Source of the DNA: Isurus oxyrinchus
Taxonomy: Eukaryota
NCBI GenBank assembly: GCA_026770705.1
Contig: JANJGN010000010.1
Span: 109,864,001-109,928,000, forward strand
DNA length: 64,000 bases
Reading direction: 5' to 3'
Below are positions 28,234 through 41,595 of the stretch, one piece after another. The notes under the pieces were generated by a model that saw only the letters and a list, made by a program, of their open reading frames with translations, searched no databases and was not told the DNA's origin. The translations under genes and the position numbers were made by a program. The stretch's first letter is position 1. Every line of letters starts with the position of its first letter.

Positions 28234-28286
28234 GAGGAAGGAGTTGATTATCATTAAAGAGAGGAAGGAGTTGATTATCATTAAAG
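28234..28286 (+). repeat. 27-bp tandem duplication
   Basis: gaggaaggagttgattatcattaaag occurs twice. Confidence 0.9.
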
Positions 28287-30578
28287 TGTGAGGGATGTTT
28301 TTCACATTTGCCTGCCTCTAACTTAAGTAAAGCCAACCTGGGATTACTTCGTGCCAATACCAAATCTCAAATAAGGAAAAAACGTCCATCTTCTTGGCAT
28401 AAAAAGTGCATAACAGAAACATTTTTCATATGTTGCTTTTCATGACCAACAGTTTGTACACCATGAAATAAACAATCGAACTGAATATCCAGCCCCCACA
28501 CAGCCATCAACATCATAGTCCCTGGTTGATCTTCAGAGCTGCATGTCATTTCTGTCCTGCATTACTAATACAGCCCAGATATCTCCACACAGCAGTCAAT
28601 GCCATTCCAGATGCAGAATGCAAAAGGCTAATAGCCACATACAGATGTACATTCACCTCTTCAGACAATGCCTCTCAGCAGTCAAATCCACTAGTTTCCC
28701 ACAACATGGGTTGTTGTTTTATTACTTCATGTGTAAAGACAACACAGGCCATTAGAAGAAGCTGATTAGACAAGCTGCCACCGCACTCCACAGTGTCATT
28801 CAATATCAGACAGTACCTCTTACAGATCGCCTACATCATGACCTGATCTAAGTTATTCGTGTCTTAACTGCAACCTCCCTATTGCTGCAATGTCACACCC
28901 AGATTTCTCATAGCAACTATCTCGCAGCCTCTTTGAGTACATTCAGTTAGTGCCGATTTATGAACTGATCTGGAGCTGTGGTACTGAGCTCTCCAGCAAA
29001 TGTGTTAACATAACCCAACTATTCTCAATTTGGATCTTTGTGAAGTTAGAAAGAGAGAGAGGAAGCTTTCACTGCAGCTGTCTGGGCTCAAATGGAACAT
29101 TGGTCCCAGAGATGAAAGAATAGTTTGCCAACTTGCTTGACTTCATGCCACCATAATGCCCAGTCACTATGCCAAGTACATGAACATACATTTTCCCTCT
29201 CTACCTCTTTGGAAATTTGTTCTGCTACAACAAGCATTCTTTATGCAAGTGAACTGCTCTCTATCACAGTAGCTTTAATATTTTGAATTCATTTTTCAAA
29301 TGCTAAATAATTCATTGTTCTCCTAAAACAGGTCAGTATAATACCTCATTACTCATTAATTACCAGACCCTGACCAATGCCAACATCCTTTTCCTTGTCC
29401 TTGTTTCCTTGCTTCTGGATGGAATTTCCATAAGTAGAGAATAAATGGTCACTGTGTGAGAATGCCATTTGTTTTTGTGGAACAGCATGCAGCCAATCCC
29501 AAGGCAGGCTCCAGGCCCAATCCTCCTGATTCTTGGCCACAAAAATACAAGTGTTTTTTAATGGTGCAATCAACAACGAGCTGTGGTAGAACAGCCCAGG
29601 ATCCTGGCAAGGCAGTAGGAACGTGTGTGCAATGTACACAACTGCAGGGAGAGTTTACTTCAGTGTTGCCTTGGCAGCAATATGGAAACCAGTCCTGGAG
29701 ATTCAAAGTGTCACTCAACCTCGTGTTTGTCCAGATCTGAAGGATAGGAAGCAGCCTGGGAGGCTGGTGTATATCAGGCTACTGTGTGTACTCTAATCGC
29801 AGGGATACCAGGTGGGAGGGAGTTGATCAGCTGCTTTGTCCCGCCCTTGGCTTAATGCTACAGAATTCCACCTATTTACATTGCAGGGAAGATTCCACCC
29901 AGAGGGACAAACAATTACACAGCCGCTGTGGTTTGAAAGTCACATTCCAGACCAGTTTCAGGCCCACAAACGTTCCTGTGGTAACTGGGGAAGGTTTGAG
30001 CAAGCCTGCAAGAAGTAAACCAGGCTGCTGGAATATTCCAGTGGCATCAATCTATGCATTGGCACCCATTTAAAATAGTGGATGGGAATGGCGCATGTTA
30101 ATTGCTAATAACACCAGCTAGCTTGCAGCCTTCGATTGGCAACATGGCAGCTTCTAGTGAAACCAGAGGCAGGTTTGGGTTTATGTGCTTCCAACAGTAG
30201 CCACACTGCCTCATATTCATCAACACAGTATAGCCCAAGTCAGGGTCAATTCACCTGAAGACTCGCATTAATATTACATCTTTCAAGGCATCCCAAAGTG
30301 CATATACAGCCAATGATGTACTTCTGAAGTATAGTTAACATTGCAATGAAGGAAAGATAGCAGCCAATTTCTACACAGCAAGCTCCCTCCCAAAAATAGC
30401 AACGTGTTAATGGCCAAAGAATCTGTTTTTGTGATGTTGCTTGAGGATAAATATTGGCCAGGACACCAGGAACAAAATGCCAAATGGGATCTTTTACATC
30501 CAACTGCTAGGGTAGATGGAGCCTCCATCGAACACCTCATCAGAAAGGCAGTTCCTCCAACAGTGCAGGACAATCCTG

Positions 30579-31673
30579 GGCCAGGATTTTCCAGTTGTTG
30601 GGCAAGGGCGAGCAGGAGCCAGGCTGGACAGGGGCGAGCAGGGGGCAGGCTGGGCAGGGGTGAGCAGGGGCCAGGCTGGGCAGGAGCGAGCAGGGGGCAG
30701 GCTGGGCAGGGGCGAGCAGGGGCCAGGCTGGGCAGGGGCAAGCAGGGGCAGGCTGGGCAGGGGCGAGCAGGGGCCAGGCTGGGCAGGGGCGAGCAGGGGG
30801 CAGGCTGGGCAGGGGCGAGCAGGGGCAGGCTGGGCAGGGGCGAGCAGGGGCAGGCTGGGCAGGGGCGAGCAGGGGGCTGGCTGGGCAGGGGCGAGCAGGG
30901 GCAGGCTGGGCAGGGGCGAGCGGGGTCAGGCTCGGCAAGGGCGAGCGGGGTCAGGCTCGGCAAGTGCAAGCAGGGGCAGGCTCGGCAAGCGCAAGCAGAG
31001 GGGCAGGCTGGGCAAGAGCGAGCGGGGGCAGGCTCAGCAAGGACAAGCGGGGGCAGGTTCAGCAAGGGCGAGGAGGGGGCAGGCTGGGCAGGGGCGAGCG
31101 GGGGGCAGGCTCAGCAAGGGCGAGGGGGGGCTGCGGGCTGGGCAGGGGCGAGCAGGAGTGGCCATGAGACAGTCCGCCACCTGTGATTTCATGCTGGCTG
31201 GTCAATTAACAGCCAGCCAGCATGAAACACGCTGAGCAGCTCAGGGCTGCCACAATGAGGGTGGGACGAGAGTGAGCGCGGAAGTGCGCGCATTAAAAGT
31301 TCCCTGAGGCACAGAGCTGCTGGTTTTTAAAATTAAAAACAAAGAAATTAGAAATGTTAAAAACATGTCCCCTTAAGTGACTCTGTCACATGAGCAGGGA
31401 CCTGTTAGAGATGAGTTTGAAAAGTTTTTGATTTTTTTTCAAATCGTTGGTCAAAACCTCATTTCACCCGTGGATGAGGCTTTGCCAAAAATACAAAGGC
31501 CGCTTGGCCTGTTTGCCCACCAGCCAACCAAGCAGTCAGATGGGCAGCGAAAAATTTCAATTAGTTCATTAAGAGCCTTAATAGGCTGCTGAATTGTTGG
31601 CGGGTGCTCAGCTGACTCCCGCACATGCCCGACAACTGAAATATCACCTCCGCCCAAGCCAAAAATTCTGCCT
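30579..31673. mobile_element. Harbinger-type MITE (orientation B) containing a minisatellite; TSD CTG/CTA
   Basis: TIRs ggccaggatttt / aaaattctgcct; shared internal hairpins. Confidence 0.8.
30600..31155 (+). repeat. G-rich minisatellite, 25-26 bp unit, about 21 copies
   Basis: Unit caggctgggcaggggcgagcagggg(g); accounts for the overlapping ORFs at 30283-31235. Confidence 0.95.
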
Positions 31674-31943
31674 CTAGTATTGTACTATAGCAAGAAAACT
31701 TGGCTTTCACTCAATCTATGGAATGGAGCTTGAAGCCAAGACCCTCTGACTCAAAGGCAATAGTGTTAACCACTGAGCCACACTGATGACTATTTAAAAT
31801 TTTAAGCTAGTCAGTCATGCGGTAAATTTAATTACGGTTAAAATGGCAATTGTTTTACCGGAAGAGGACATTCCAGGAAAATGACTCACTCGTGGTGATT
31901 AGATGGAGGGGGATATACCAGCCTCTCTCTGTTATAACACTAA

Positions 31944-32456
31944 GGAGAGAACTTTCTGCTCGGTGAGGGCCTACTCGCCCAGGCGTAAAATGACACGGAG
32001 TGATGCAGCTGAGTCGGCTGTGCACCCACCGAACTGTCAAAAGCCTGTTAAGGCCATTAATTAACTAATTAAGACTATTGAGAAAGCTGCCTGTCCAACA
32101 AAGAGCCCAGGCGACCTTCGCATTTTTCATGAAACCTCATCCATGGGCGGGATGAGGCTTCATGAAGGGTTTATAAATTAAATAAATTTTTTAATTAAAA
32201 TTATTAACATGTCCCAGCTCATGTGAGACTGTCACGTGGGCGGACATGTCTTAAATTTTTTTTTATTAACATTTTAAAAACTTAACTCCCTGAGATACCT
32301 CAGGGATGCTTCCGGGCGGGTATCACGCTAGGCAGGCCTTAATTGGCCTGCCCACATAAAATGGCAGCAAGGACCCAATTGGGTCCATGCCCACCCACCC
32401 CCCCCTCCCCCCCACCCCCCCCCCCCCCCCCCCCCCACGGGTAGAAAATTCTCTCC
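31944..32456. mobile_element. Harbinger-type MITE (orientation A), TSD TAA
   Basis: TIRs ggagagaacttt / aaaattctctcc; poly-C tract at ~32390-32436. Confidence 0.85.
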
Positions 32457-33194
32457 TAAGAGTCCCGAATGTACCACCCCTGAGACAATCTACTGGAAGG
32501 TGTGTACAGAAGCATTTGGTTTGAACTGGACTTGCTTTCAGGACATTATTGCATTGTATGAACGTTTTGCCAATGGTATGACAATCAGACATAGGGAAAT
32601 GTGAGAATACAACACTGATTATGTAGATAACCATGAAAAGGGAAATTGAACAACAATGGCAGAAAGAAGTGCAATATAAATTGAGAAGCACTGAGGAGAC
32701 AGTAAAGAGAGAGAGTTTTAAGGGTCCAATATTTAAACCACTAAAAGTTAGCTTGCACAAAGCGATCAGAAAGTGTAATGGAGTCATTGGATAACAATCA
32801 GGAGCAGGAATGCCTGACTGCTTTTCCCTCCCAAGCTCGTTCAAGGGATTAATGTAATTGCTTGGGTGTTGCATTTATTGAACCTGCTCCAAACCTCCAC
32901 ACTGTTTAGTATTTCCTGTAGTTACAGGGAACACAACTGCTTTGTGTTCTGCTACTTGCAGTAACCTGTCAACACTGTTCTTTGGAGATAAAGATACTTC
33001 ACTTCCAATGATAGCTTAACTTTAAATGCCCATTCAAGTTACAAATATCCCCTTTGCTGACCGCTCCATTACCCAAACCTCCAATTCCTCTTGGTTTCAG
33101 TTCTGTGGCATCAATGCATTATTCATACTAAAACTAGTGTGAATTCAGAATTTTGAAATATCCAGCCAGTCCAACAGACAGCAGCTGATGGCGT

Positions 33195-34260
33195 CAGCCG
33201 TGCCACAGGGGTAGCGCTCTTGCCTCAGAGTCAGGATGGTGTGGGTTCAAGGCCCACTTGAGACATGGGGCAGGATTTTCTGGGTAGCGAGCAGGCCCGG
33301 GAGCAACCGGGAAACCCTGCACCATCCGCAATTGGCCCCCCACTGTGATTTCACATTGTCTGGCCAATTACCGGCCAGCATGAAAGGCACGCTGAGAAGC
33401 TCAGTGCTGCTGGGGTGGGGGTGGGAGGAGTGCGAGCGCAAAAGTCTGCGCATGCGCGGGGTGGGGTGGGGGGGGTGGGGCGCACACTGAAAGCTCCCTG
33501 TAGGCACAGAACTGCCTCAGGCAGCTGAGGCAATCAAAAAGAAAGATTTTAGAAATGTTAAAAACATGTCCCAACATAGAACTTAGTAACAATAACAGAA
33601 ACATAATTAAAAATTCTCTCTAAAAATGTTTATTTTCTTTTAATTACTGTTGGAAACCTCATCCCGCCCGTGGATGAGGTTTCCTATAGAATCCAAAGGC
33701 CTCCTGGCCAATTCATCTGCCCGCCAACTGTAAGGTTGGACGGGCAGTGAAAAGTTGCTTTTATTTAATTGATTAAGGGCCTTAACAGGCCTCTTGTCGA
33801 CGAGCGCGCTGCCAACTCAAGCACGCGCCCACCGAAATATCACGCGAATGCGGGATATTTGCCCAATGTCATCTATTTTACGCCCAATTGGGTCAAGCGC
33901 CCACCCACATGCGGGATGTAAAATTCTGCCCATGACCTAAATTGAGGCTCCAGGTGCCATTCTGAGGAAGCACTGCATTGTGAAAGGTGCTGTCTTTTGC
34001 ACAATAATTAATCAAAGGTCCCATCTACCCTCTTGTGCCACAAAGGATTTCTCTCTAATACAGATCAATAAAAGGGATTGCCTGATAAGTTTGCTCACTG
34101 CTGTTTGTGGGGCCTGCTGTACCCAAACTGGCTGCTGCATTTTGCTGCATTTTCCTACATTTCAACAGTGAACACCCTTCAAAAAGTACTTAATTGGAGC
34201 TGAAGTGCTTTGGGATGTCCTGGGTAATGAAAGGCACTGCGTCAATGCAAATTTGGTCTT
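33195..34260 (+). mobile_element. DeuSINE-like SINE split by a MITE
   Basis: Head with B-box gggttcaaggccc; body resumes at 33932; tail aaggcactgcgtcaatgcaa. Confidence 0.7.
33268..33931. mobile_element. Harbinger-type MITE (orientation B), TSD ATG
   Basis: TIRs gggcaggatttt / aaaattctgccc. Confidence 0.85.
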
Positions 34261-35039
34261 TTTATGTAATATTTGAAAGTGAGATCAAAGTTTTGTGTCT
34301 TTGATCAGCGCAGTCTGAAAATAATGTTAGCAAACAGAAACCTGCCTTGACATACTGGTTCCAGTCAGATGATGCAATTGGGCTTAAGGAGCACCACTTT
34401 GCGTTGTGACACTCTTAAATGTTACGCACCCATGTGTGAGGTGTGAGGCTCCAGCATAGGAATGGGTACACTGTCTATTTTGGGAGTAGCTAGCTATTAC
34501 AGAGTATCCCAGAGTAGAGTACTGCTCAGTCCACTGAGGCTGCATTTGATTCTCTGTTGTGTTTTGCTTTGAAGAGTGTCATTGGGAACAGATGTCTCTG
34601 TCCCTGGAGCTCTGTGCTAACCCACAGCAGAGCTTTTGTGTGTGATTATGTCTGTGCTTGAGATTACATTGACACTATGCATCCTGCAGCTACAATGCAA
34701 AATGTAGGATAAACTTTCCATTTCTACACCTCTCAGGCTGAGTTCACTTCTATACCATGTATCATGCTCTGGGGATATTGCTAGATTTAACATTGTAAAT
34801 TGCTTTGCAGAGAAATATGACAACAGGAAATGCATACCATCCACCAGATTCTTTATATATATGTTATATATTGACATTACATTGTTCTGATTTTTGGGTA
34901 TCTACTCAACATCCTTGTGTACTTTTTAAATTTATTCATCCTTTTTAAAGCTTTAAAAACAAGCTGGCTACAGACAGGCCTTCAAGCCATAGACAGTATG
35001 ATTCCTTTGTTCCTGAAGGCTAAAAAGTGGGAGCACCAA

Positions 35040-36630
35040 GCTGTGGCTTGGTGGATGACACACTTGCTTCTGAGTCAGAAGGTTATGGGCTCAAGTTCCA
35101 CACCAGGGCCAGAATCTTCGGGCCCCGCTCGCCAAGGCGTAAAATGACGTGTGGTGACGTGGATGCGTCCTGACGTCACCCCGTGTCATTCAGATCTTCA
35201 GTTCAGCAGACAGGCACTGGAGTCAGCTGCGTGCCAACCGAACTGTCAAAGGCCTATTAATAGACCTATCAGTTAAAATAACTAACCGAGCTGCCCGTCC
35301 AACCTTAATGTTGGCGGGCAGGCGAAGAGCCCAGGCAGCCTTCGCATTTATCATGAAACCTCATCCACGGGCGGGATGAAGTTTCATGAAGGTTTTTAAA
35401 CTTTAACTAAAATTTTTAATAAAGTTCATAGGCGGGTCCCAGCTCATGTGACACTATCACATGAGGGGACATGTCTTAAAAAATCTTTTCTTTATCTACA
35501 CTAATTTTTAAAAATCAACTAATTTCCCTGAGGTAGCTCTGTGCCTCAGGGAGATTCCTGCATGCGCGAAAGAACGCAGGCTCCAACTCAGCCTCCTCCC
35601 CCCGACCGCACAGGGAGCACTCAGCACTTCCGGGTGTACATCACACTGGGCGGGCCTTAATTGGCCCACCCATGTAAAATGGTGGCGCGCAGCCAATCAC
35701 GGGAGGCGATCGGCCCACACCCGCTCCCGCCCAACCCCCTGACGGGGAGAAAATTCTCCCCAGGACTTGAGCACAAAATGTGGGCTGATACTCCAATGTA
35801 GTACTGAGAAAGTGCTGCATTATTTGGAGGTGCTTTCTTTCAGATGAGATATTACACTGAGGCCCTGCCTGCCTCTTGGTTGGGTGTAAAAGATCCTATG
35901 GAACTACTTTGAAGAAAGGCAGGAGAGTTATCCCTAGTTTCCAGCCAATAATTATTCCTCAATAATGTCACAAAAACAATTTATCTTGTCATTATCACAT
36001 TGGTGTTTATGGGAGGTTTTCTTATTCATTTATGGGAATGTGGGCTTCGCTGGCTAGGCCAGCATTTATTGACCGTCCCTAGTTGCCCTTGAGAAGGTGA
36101 TGATGAGCTGCCTTCTTAAACGGCTTCAGTCCCCGTGGTGTAGGTACACCCACAGTGCTGTTAGGGAGGCAGGGTTCCAGGATTTTGACCCAGCGACAGT
36201 GAAGGAATGATGATATATTTCCAAGTCAGGATGGTGAGTGACTTGGGAGGGAACTTCCAGGTGGTGGTGTTCTCATCTATCTGCTGCTCTTGTCCTTCTA
36301 GGTGGTAGTGGTCGTGGGTTTGCAAAGTGCTGCCCAAGGAGCCTTAGTGAGTTTCTGCAGTGCATCTTGCAGATAGTACACACTGCTGTTACTGTGCGTC
36401 AGTGGTGGAGGGAGTGAATTTTTGTGAATGGGGTGCTGATCAAGCAGGCTGCTCTGTCTTGGACGGTATCAAGCTTCTTGAGTGTTGTTGGAGCTGTGTA
36501 CAAACTGGTTGTTGCATTTCCTACAATACAACAGTGATTACACTTCAAAAGTACTCCACTAAGTATAAAGTGCTTTGAGATGCCCAGTGGTTGTGAAAGG
36601 CTCGATCTACCTAAATGCCAATCTTTCTTC
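35040..36630 (+). mobile_element. DeuSINE-like SINE split by a MITE and by a family B LINE fragment (36020-36495, minus strand)
   Basis: SINE pieces at 35040-35106, 35761-36016 and 36495-36630 are collinear. Confidence 0.75.
35107..35760. mobile_element. Harbinger-type MITE (orientation A), probable TSD CAG
   Basis: TIRs ggccagaatctt / aaaattctccc; boundary uncertain by 1 bp. Confidence 0.85.
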
Positions 36631-36852
36631 TCTTTCTTTAGCATGCATCTCCCAGCACATGCCTGCTCCACACTCAGTGAATAGTCTGGGGATTCCGGTC
36701 GGTTCACTGGTCTCTACTGAAAATGCCATTTCTATTCAGACAGCTAGCTATCTGCAGATAAGGGTAGTAAGAGACTAGATGGCATTAGCAAGAGCATTCC
36801 TGATGCTGAAGACAGACAAGGGAAGGAGAATCAAAGGTGGGACTTCACTGCA

Positions 36853-38404
36853 ATGGAAGAGGAACACCAGGACAGGAGCCCAGGATGGAAGAGGAGCATC
36901 AGGACAGGAGCCCCGGATGGAAGAGGAGCACCGGGACAGGAGCCCCGGATGGAAGAGGAGCACCGGGACAGGAGCACCGGATGGAAGAAGAGCACTGGGA
37001 CAGGAGACCCGGATGGAAGAGCAGCACTGGGACAGGAGACCCGGATGGAAGAGCAGCACTGGGACAGGAGAACCGGATGGAAGAGCAACATCAGGACAGG
37101 AGACCCGGATGGAAGAGGAGCACCGGGACAGGCGACCCGGATGGAAGAGGAGCATCGGGACAGGAGCCCCGGATGGAAGAGGAGCACCGGGACAGGAGCA
37201 CCGGATGGAAGAGTAGCACTGGGACAGGAGACCCGGATGGAAAAGCAGCACTGGGACAGGAGAACCGGATGGAAGAGCAACATCAGGACAGGAGACCCGG
37301 ATGGAAGAGGAGCACCGGGACAGGCGACCCGGATGGAAGAGGAGCATCGGGACAGGAGCCCCGGATGGAAGAGGAGCATTGGGACAGGAGCACCGGATGG
37401 AAGAGGAGCACCGGGACAGGAGCACCGGATGGAAGAGGAGCACCGGGACAGGAGCACCGGATGGAAGAGGAGCACCGGGACAGGAGCACCGGATGGAAGA
37501 GGAGCACTGGGACAGGAGACCCGGATGGAAGAGCAGCACTGGGACAGGAGACCCGGATGGAAGAGCAGCACTGGGACAGGAGACCCGGATGGAAGAGCAG
37601 CACTGGGACAGGAGCCCCGGATGGAAGAGGAGCATCAGGACAGGAGACCCGGATGGAAGAGGAGCATCGGGACAAGAGCACCAGAACAGGAGCTCTGGAT
37701 GGAAGAGGAGCTTCGGGACAGGAGCACCAGATGGAGGAGGAGCACCGGGACAGGAGCCCCAGATGGAAAAGGAGCATCGGGACAGGAGACCCGGATGGAA
37801 GAGGAGCATTGGGACAGGAGCCCCGGATGGAAGAGGAGCATCGGGACAGGAGCCCCAGATGGAAGAGGAGCATTGGGACAGGAGCACTGGATGGAAGAGG
37901 AGCACCCGGACAGAAGCCCAGGATTGTAAGAGGAGCACCCAGACAGGAGCCCAGGATGTAAGAGGAGCACCTGGACAGGAGCCCAGGATGTAAGAGGAGC
38001 ACCTGGACAGGAGCCCAGGATGGAAGAGGCGCATCGGGACAGGAGCCCCAGATGTAAGAGGAGCACCGGGGCAGGAGCATCGGGATGGAAGAGTAGCACC
38101 AGGGCAGGAGCCCAGGATGGAAGAGGAGCACCGGGACAGGAGCCCAGGATGGAAGAGGAGCATCGGGACAGGAGCCCAGGGTGGAAGAGGAGCATCGGGA
38201 CAGGAGCCCAGGATGGAAGAGGAGCATCGGGACAGGAGCCCCGGATGGAAGAGGAGCATCGGGACAAGAGCCCCGGATGAAAGAGGAGCACCGGGACAGG
38301 AGCCCCGGATGAAAGAGGAGCACCGGGACAGGAGCCCTGGATGAAAGAGGGGCATCGGGACAGGAGTCCCGGATGAAAGAGGAGCACTGGGACAGGAGCC
38401 CTGG
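36853..38404 (+). repeat. 32-bp minisatellite, about 48 copies
   Basis: Consensus ggatggaagaggagcaccgggacaggagcccc (starts at 36915 and 36947); stop-free unit explains the long ORFs on both strands. Confidence 0.97.
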
Positions 38405-41304
38405 GGCATCTGTGTACACAGTTGTGTGGATGTGGCAGTGGCCACACTTGCTCTGTGCAGTGCTCCTTACACTGGCAGCTAAAGGGTCAAATCTGGGCTT
38501 CGGTTTGGAAGCCTGTCCGCCTGAATTCCATAGGAACGTTTAGTGATGGCCTTTCACTTATTTGGGCGGATGATCAGTAAACATACACCACACATCTCTA
38601 GTTCCCTAGGCACTTTTTGAGGTTCTCTGCCAGAATCACTATTAAAAAATGCCCCTTCCACCCTGCAGTCACTGTTCTAAGGAGCACTGGGAGAGGGCAA
38701 ACATATTTCAAAACAATGCAAACCAATAAACCTCTGAACAGAGCAGGGTGCATGAATGAACACTTGGAATTTACTCAGCTAACATAATGATGCTGTAGAA
38801 TGCCAATACTTCCCAGAGCAGTTAAACAAAAATCCTTGATAAATAGGCGTGGTTGAAGTGAGACACTGCCTGTTCAGTAAATATCTTGTCTCCTGCCAAG
38901 TTACTGAGCTGTTTACTCCATGGAATTTTTTTTTAATCCACTGGCTTTTTAATGCATTTTTAATGAAGTCTTCAAGGCCAAAATTTCAGCACATCACTCC
39001 CACTCATTCCAGACCTCTGAAATCTAGAACATCATACTGACTTAAAAATAGCAGATTTCTCACAAAAGACATTTTGCCTCCAGCAGTCAGCTAGAAATAT
39101 GAAAAGATTAAAAAAGAAGTCTTTCCATCCTCCCCAAGGGACTCAGACTCGTCTCATTCGACAGTGACTTCATGATCTGCCTGTTTTTCTAAATATGGTT
39201 GTTGTCTTTCAGTGAGTGTGGGATGGTGTAGCAGATCCTCACACAGACCAGGGGGCCTTGTGTTTAGCAGCAGCTCGATGCCAACTCGGTATCAGTGGGG
39301 TGCGGCATGTGGCCTCAGTCCGGGTCTCTGGGCAATGGGAGGGAGGGGGAATATCATCCAGGGCCCCTGCTCCGGGAAAAGAGAAAGACGGGGACAAGGG
39401 TGACCACACTGTCATCATGGCAACCCTCAGCTGCAAAATATGAGGTGGAAAATTTTCAACTGTTGCCAGATTAAGTTTGGAGCTGAAGAACAGCACTGGG
39501 GCAAGGTTCAATTTGTACTTGGTTCAAGCTATTTCTGAACAAAGAGGGTTTGATACATATCATGCCAAGTGGAAAGAATGAACACCCGATTCTATAAGTG
39601 TTACAGTACATTCACACACTCAAAATAATTCACCAAGACTTCATCCCCTTAAGAAATAGAAACAAAAGCATTGCACTTTGAAGCCTTTGGTTGTCCAAAC
39701 AGCCATCATTGCTCACCCTCCATCTGAGAGGAGAATTTTACAAAATGCCAACAGCCTGCAGCAGTGTTGATCAATCATCTGCTACAGGAATCACAGGATA
39801 CTTGCAGATAGAGTAAAAACAGTCATGTAATCACAATATTGGGATTGCAAAGACATTGAAATACTTCAAAACCATTATGTTATTTTATAAGCCTTTCGTA
39901 AAATTTCCAATTAACTCTAATGCCTACTCTGTGAATCAACACTTTAGCATTCTCTATAATTAGGGCTCTGTAGCAATATAATTATGGGATTGATTGCATC
40001 TAACATGCAGTCAATTTTCCCACATTATAACACAATTACTGTGAACAAGAAATTAATAAAATAGAAAGATAAAGACCAGAAAACGCTAACTATACAAGTC
40101 AATCATGGTTTAACTTATACTAGTTACATACAGACTACATCTATAACCCCAACTCTACTAGTGAGACTACAGTCTGAATCATGCCAATTAAACCATAGAC
40201 TGCAATCACCTGAGCTATACCAAGTACATTCTGGGCTGTACCACTGAATTATACATCAGCTATAGTTCAGGATAGCCAAACCTGTACCAGTTGGACTGTG
40301 CTAACCCCAACCATATATCAGCTAAACTGGAATAATCTCAAATTGCATCAGTTAGACTAGGGTGACCCCAACTATTTTGATTTTCCAGATTTTGACTGAA
40401 CTACCCTGAAGGTAAGTTTTTCCTCAGTTTTCCTGGAAGCTCATTAACCCGAAATGTTAACTTTGTTTCTCTATCTGCAGATGCTGCCTGAGCTGCTGAG
40501 TGTTTCCGGTGCTTCATGTTTTTATTACACTGAAGGTAAGGTTGATGGATGATTCAAGGCTACAGTTGTAAAGACAAAATGATGCACTGCTGTTTTGTAA
40601 TGAGTTCAGAAGACCCTGAAGCTTTGGATTGTGGGTGGACTACTTGAAATCCATGTGCATTGGTTGCAGTAATCACTCGGTTATAATGAAACAATGTAGA
40701 CCCGTCGCATAAATCATCATAATCGCAGACCAAAATGTCGCAAGATAAGTAACTATAGTTACAGGACATGCCAGTTCCAATAACTCAAACTACTGAAACT
40801 TAGGCTCCAGCAGAATAACAATCTTCCAATGAAGTGAACAGCTTCCAGCTATAGCTTATAGCTGTTTACATATTTGTTCCATTTTCTTGTTGTATTGATT
40901 CACTAACTCATCGGTAAAATTCATTACCTAAAGCCTCTGCTGGCTCAGGATAGGTCCTAACTTTTGGTCACAGTAGCCTGTTTTCTTCATTAGCTAGAAT
41001 AAAGAATGTAAGAAATCTAAATGGGGTCCACTCTACTCAGGCAAGCTCAGCATCTTCAGCAGAACCTTAGTTTAAGCAGGAGAAAGCTTCATAACCTTTC
41101 CAAATGACTGGTTTACAAAACAGCATGAACACATCTGGAGGGGATCTCAATCTAGAGAGTTGCTCTCTCAAACTCAGACATCAAGGGCACGAGTAGACAG
41201 GAAGACCCAACTGAATGAACTCTGCTACTGGCCACACTGTGGAGAGCTACTATTCCATTTTGGTGATACAATGGTGGGTACTTTGAGGAGAATCCTGACC
41301 AACT

Positions 41305-41595
41305 GTGTCAGCTGTGGCTCAGTAGTAGCACTCATGCCTTAGCGACAGAAGGTTGTGTGTTCAAGTCGCAATGCAGAGAGGACAGCACAAAATCTAGCCC
41401 GATACTCGTCAGAGGTGTCATCCTTTGAACTAGACATGAAGCAGATGGATTTAAAAGATCCCACAGCAGAAGAAGAAGAGGGGAGTTCTTTCCGATGTCA
41501 TACAAAATATATATCCATAAACCAAAAACTTAAATTAGGTCATTTGTCTAATTGCTGTTTGTGGGTCTTTGATGTGTGGAAGTTGGTTGCCAGTT
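41305..41595 (+). mobile_element. DeuSINE-like SINE, degenerate
   Basis: tgtggctcagtagtagcac, gttcaagtc, aaaagatcccac. Confidence 0.6.

Larger units (their letters stand above)
30265..31790 (-). mobile_element. DeuSINE-like SINE split by a MITE
   Basis: Deu core at 30440-30545; tRNA-like head at 31720-31790. Confidence 0.7.

Noticed and set aside
30283-31235. Gly/Ala/Pro-rich ORFs resembling silk or collagen
   Set aside because: Translation of a 25-26 bp minisatellite inside a MITE.
36853-38404. CRISPR-like 32-bp periodicity
   Set aside because: No unique spacers, no cas genes, and a eukaryotic intron.
36775-38447. Long ORFs (up to 556 aa) on both strands
   Set aside because: Products of a stop-free 32-bp minisatellite; the periodic peptides have no domain.
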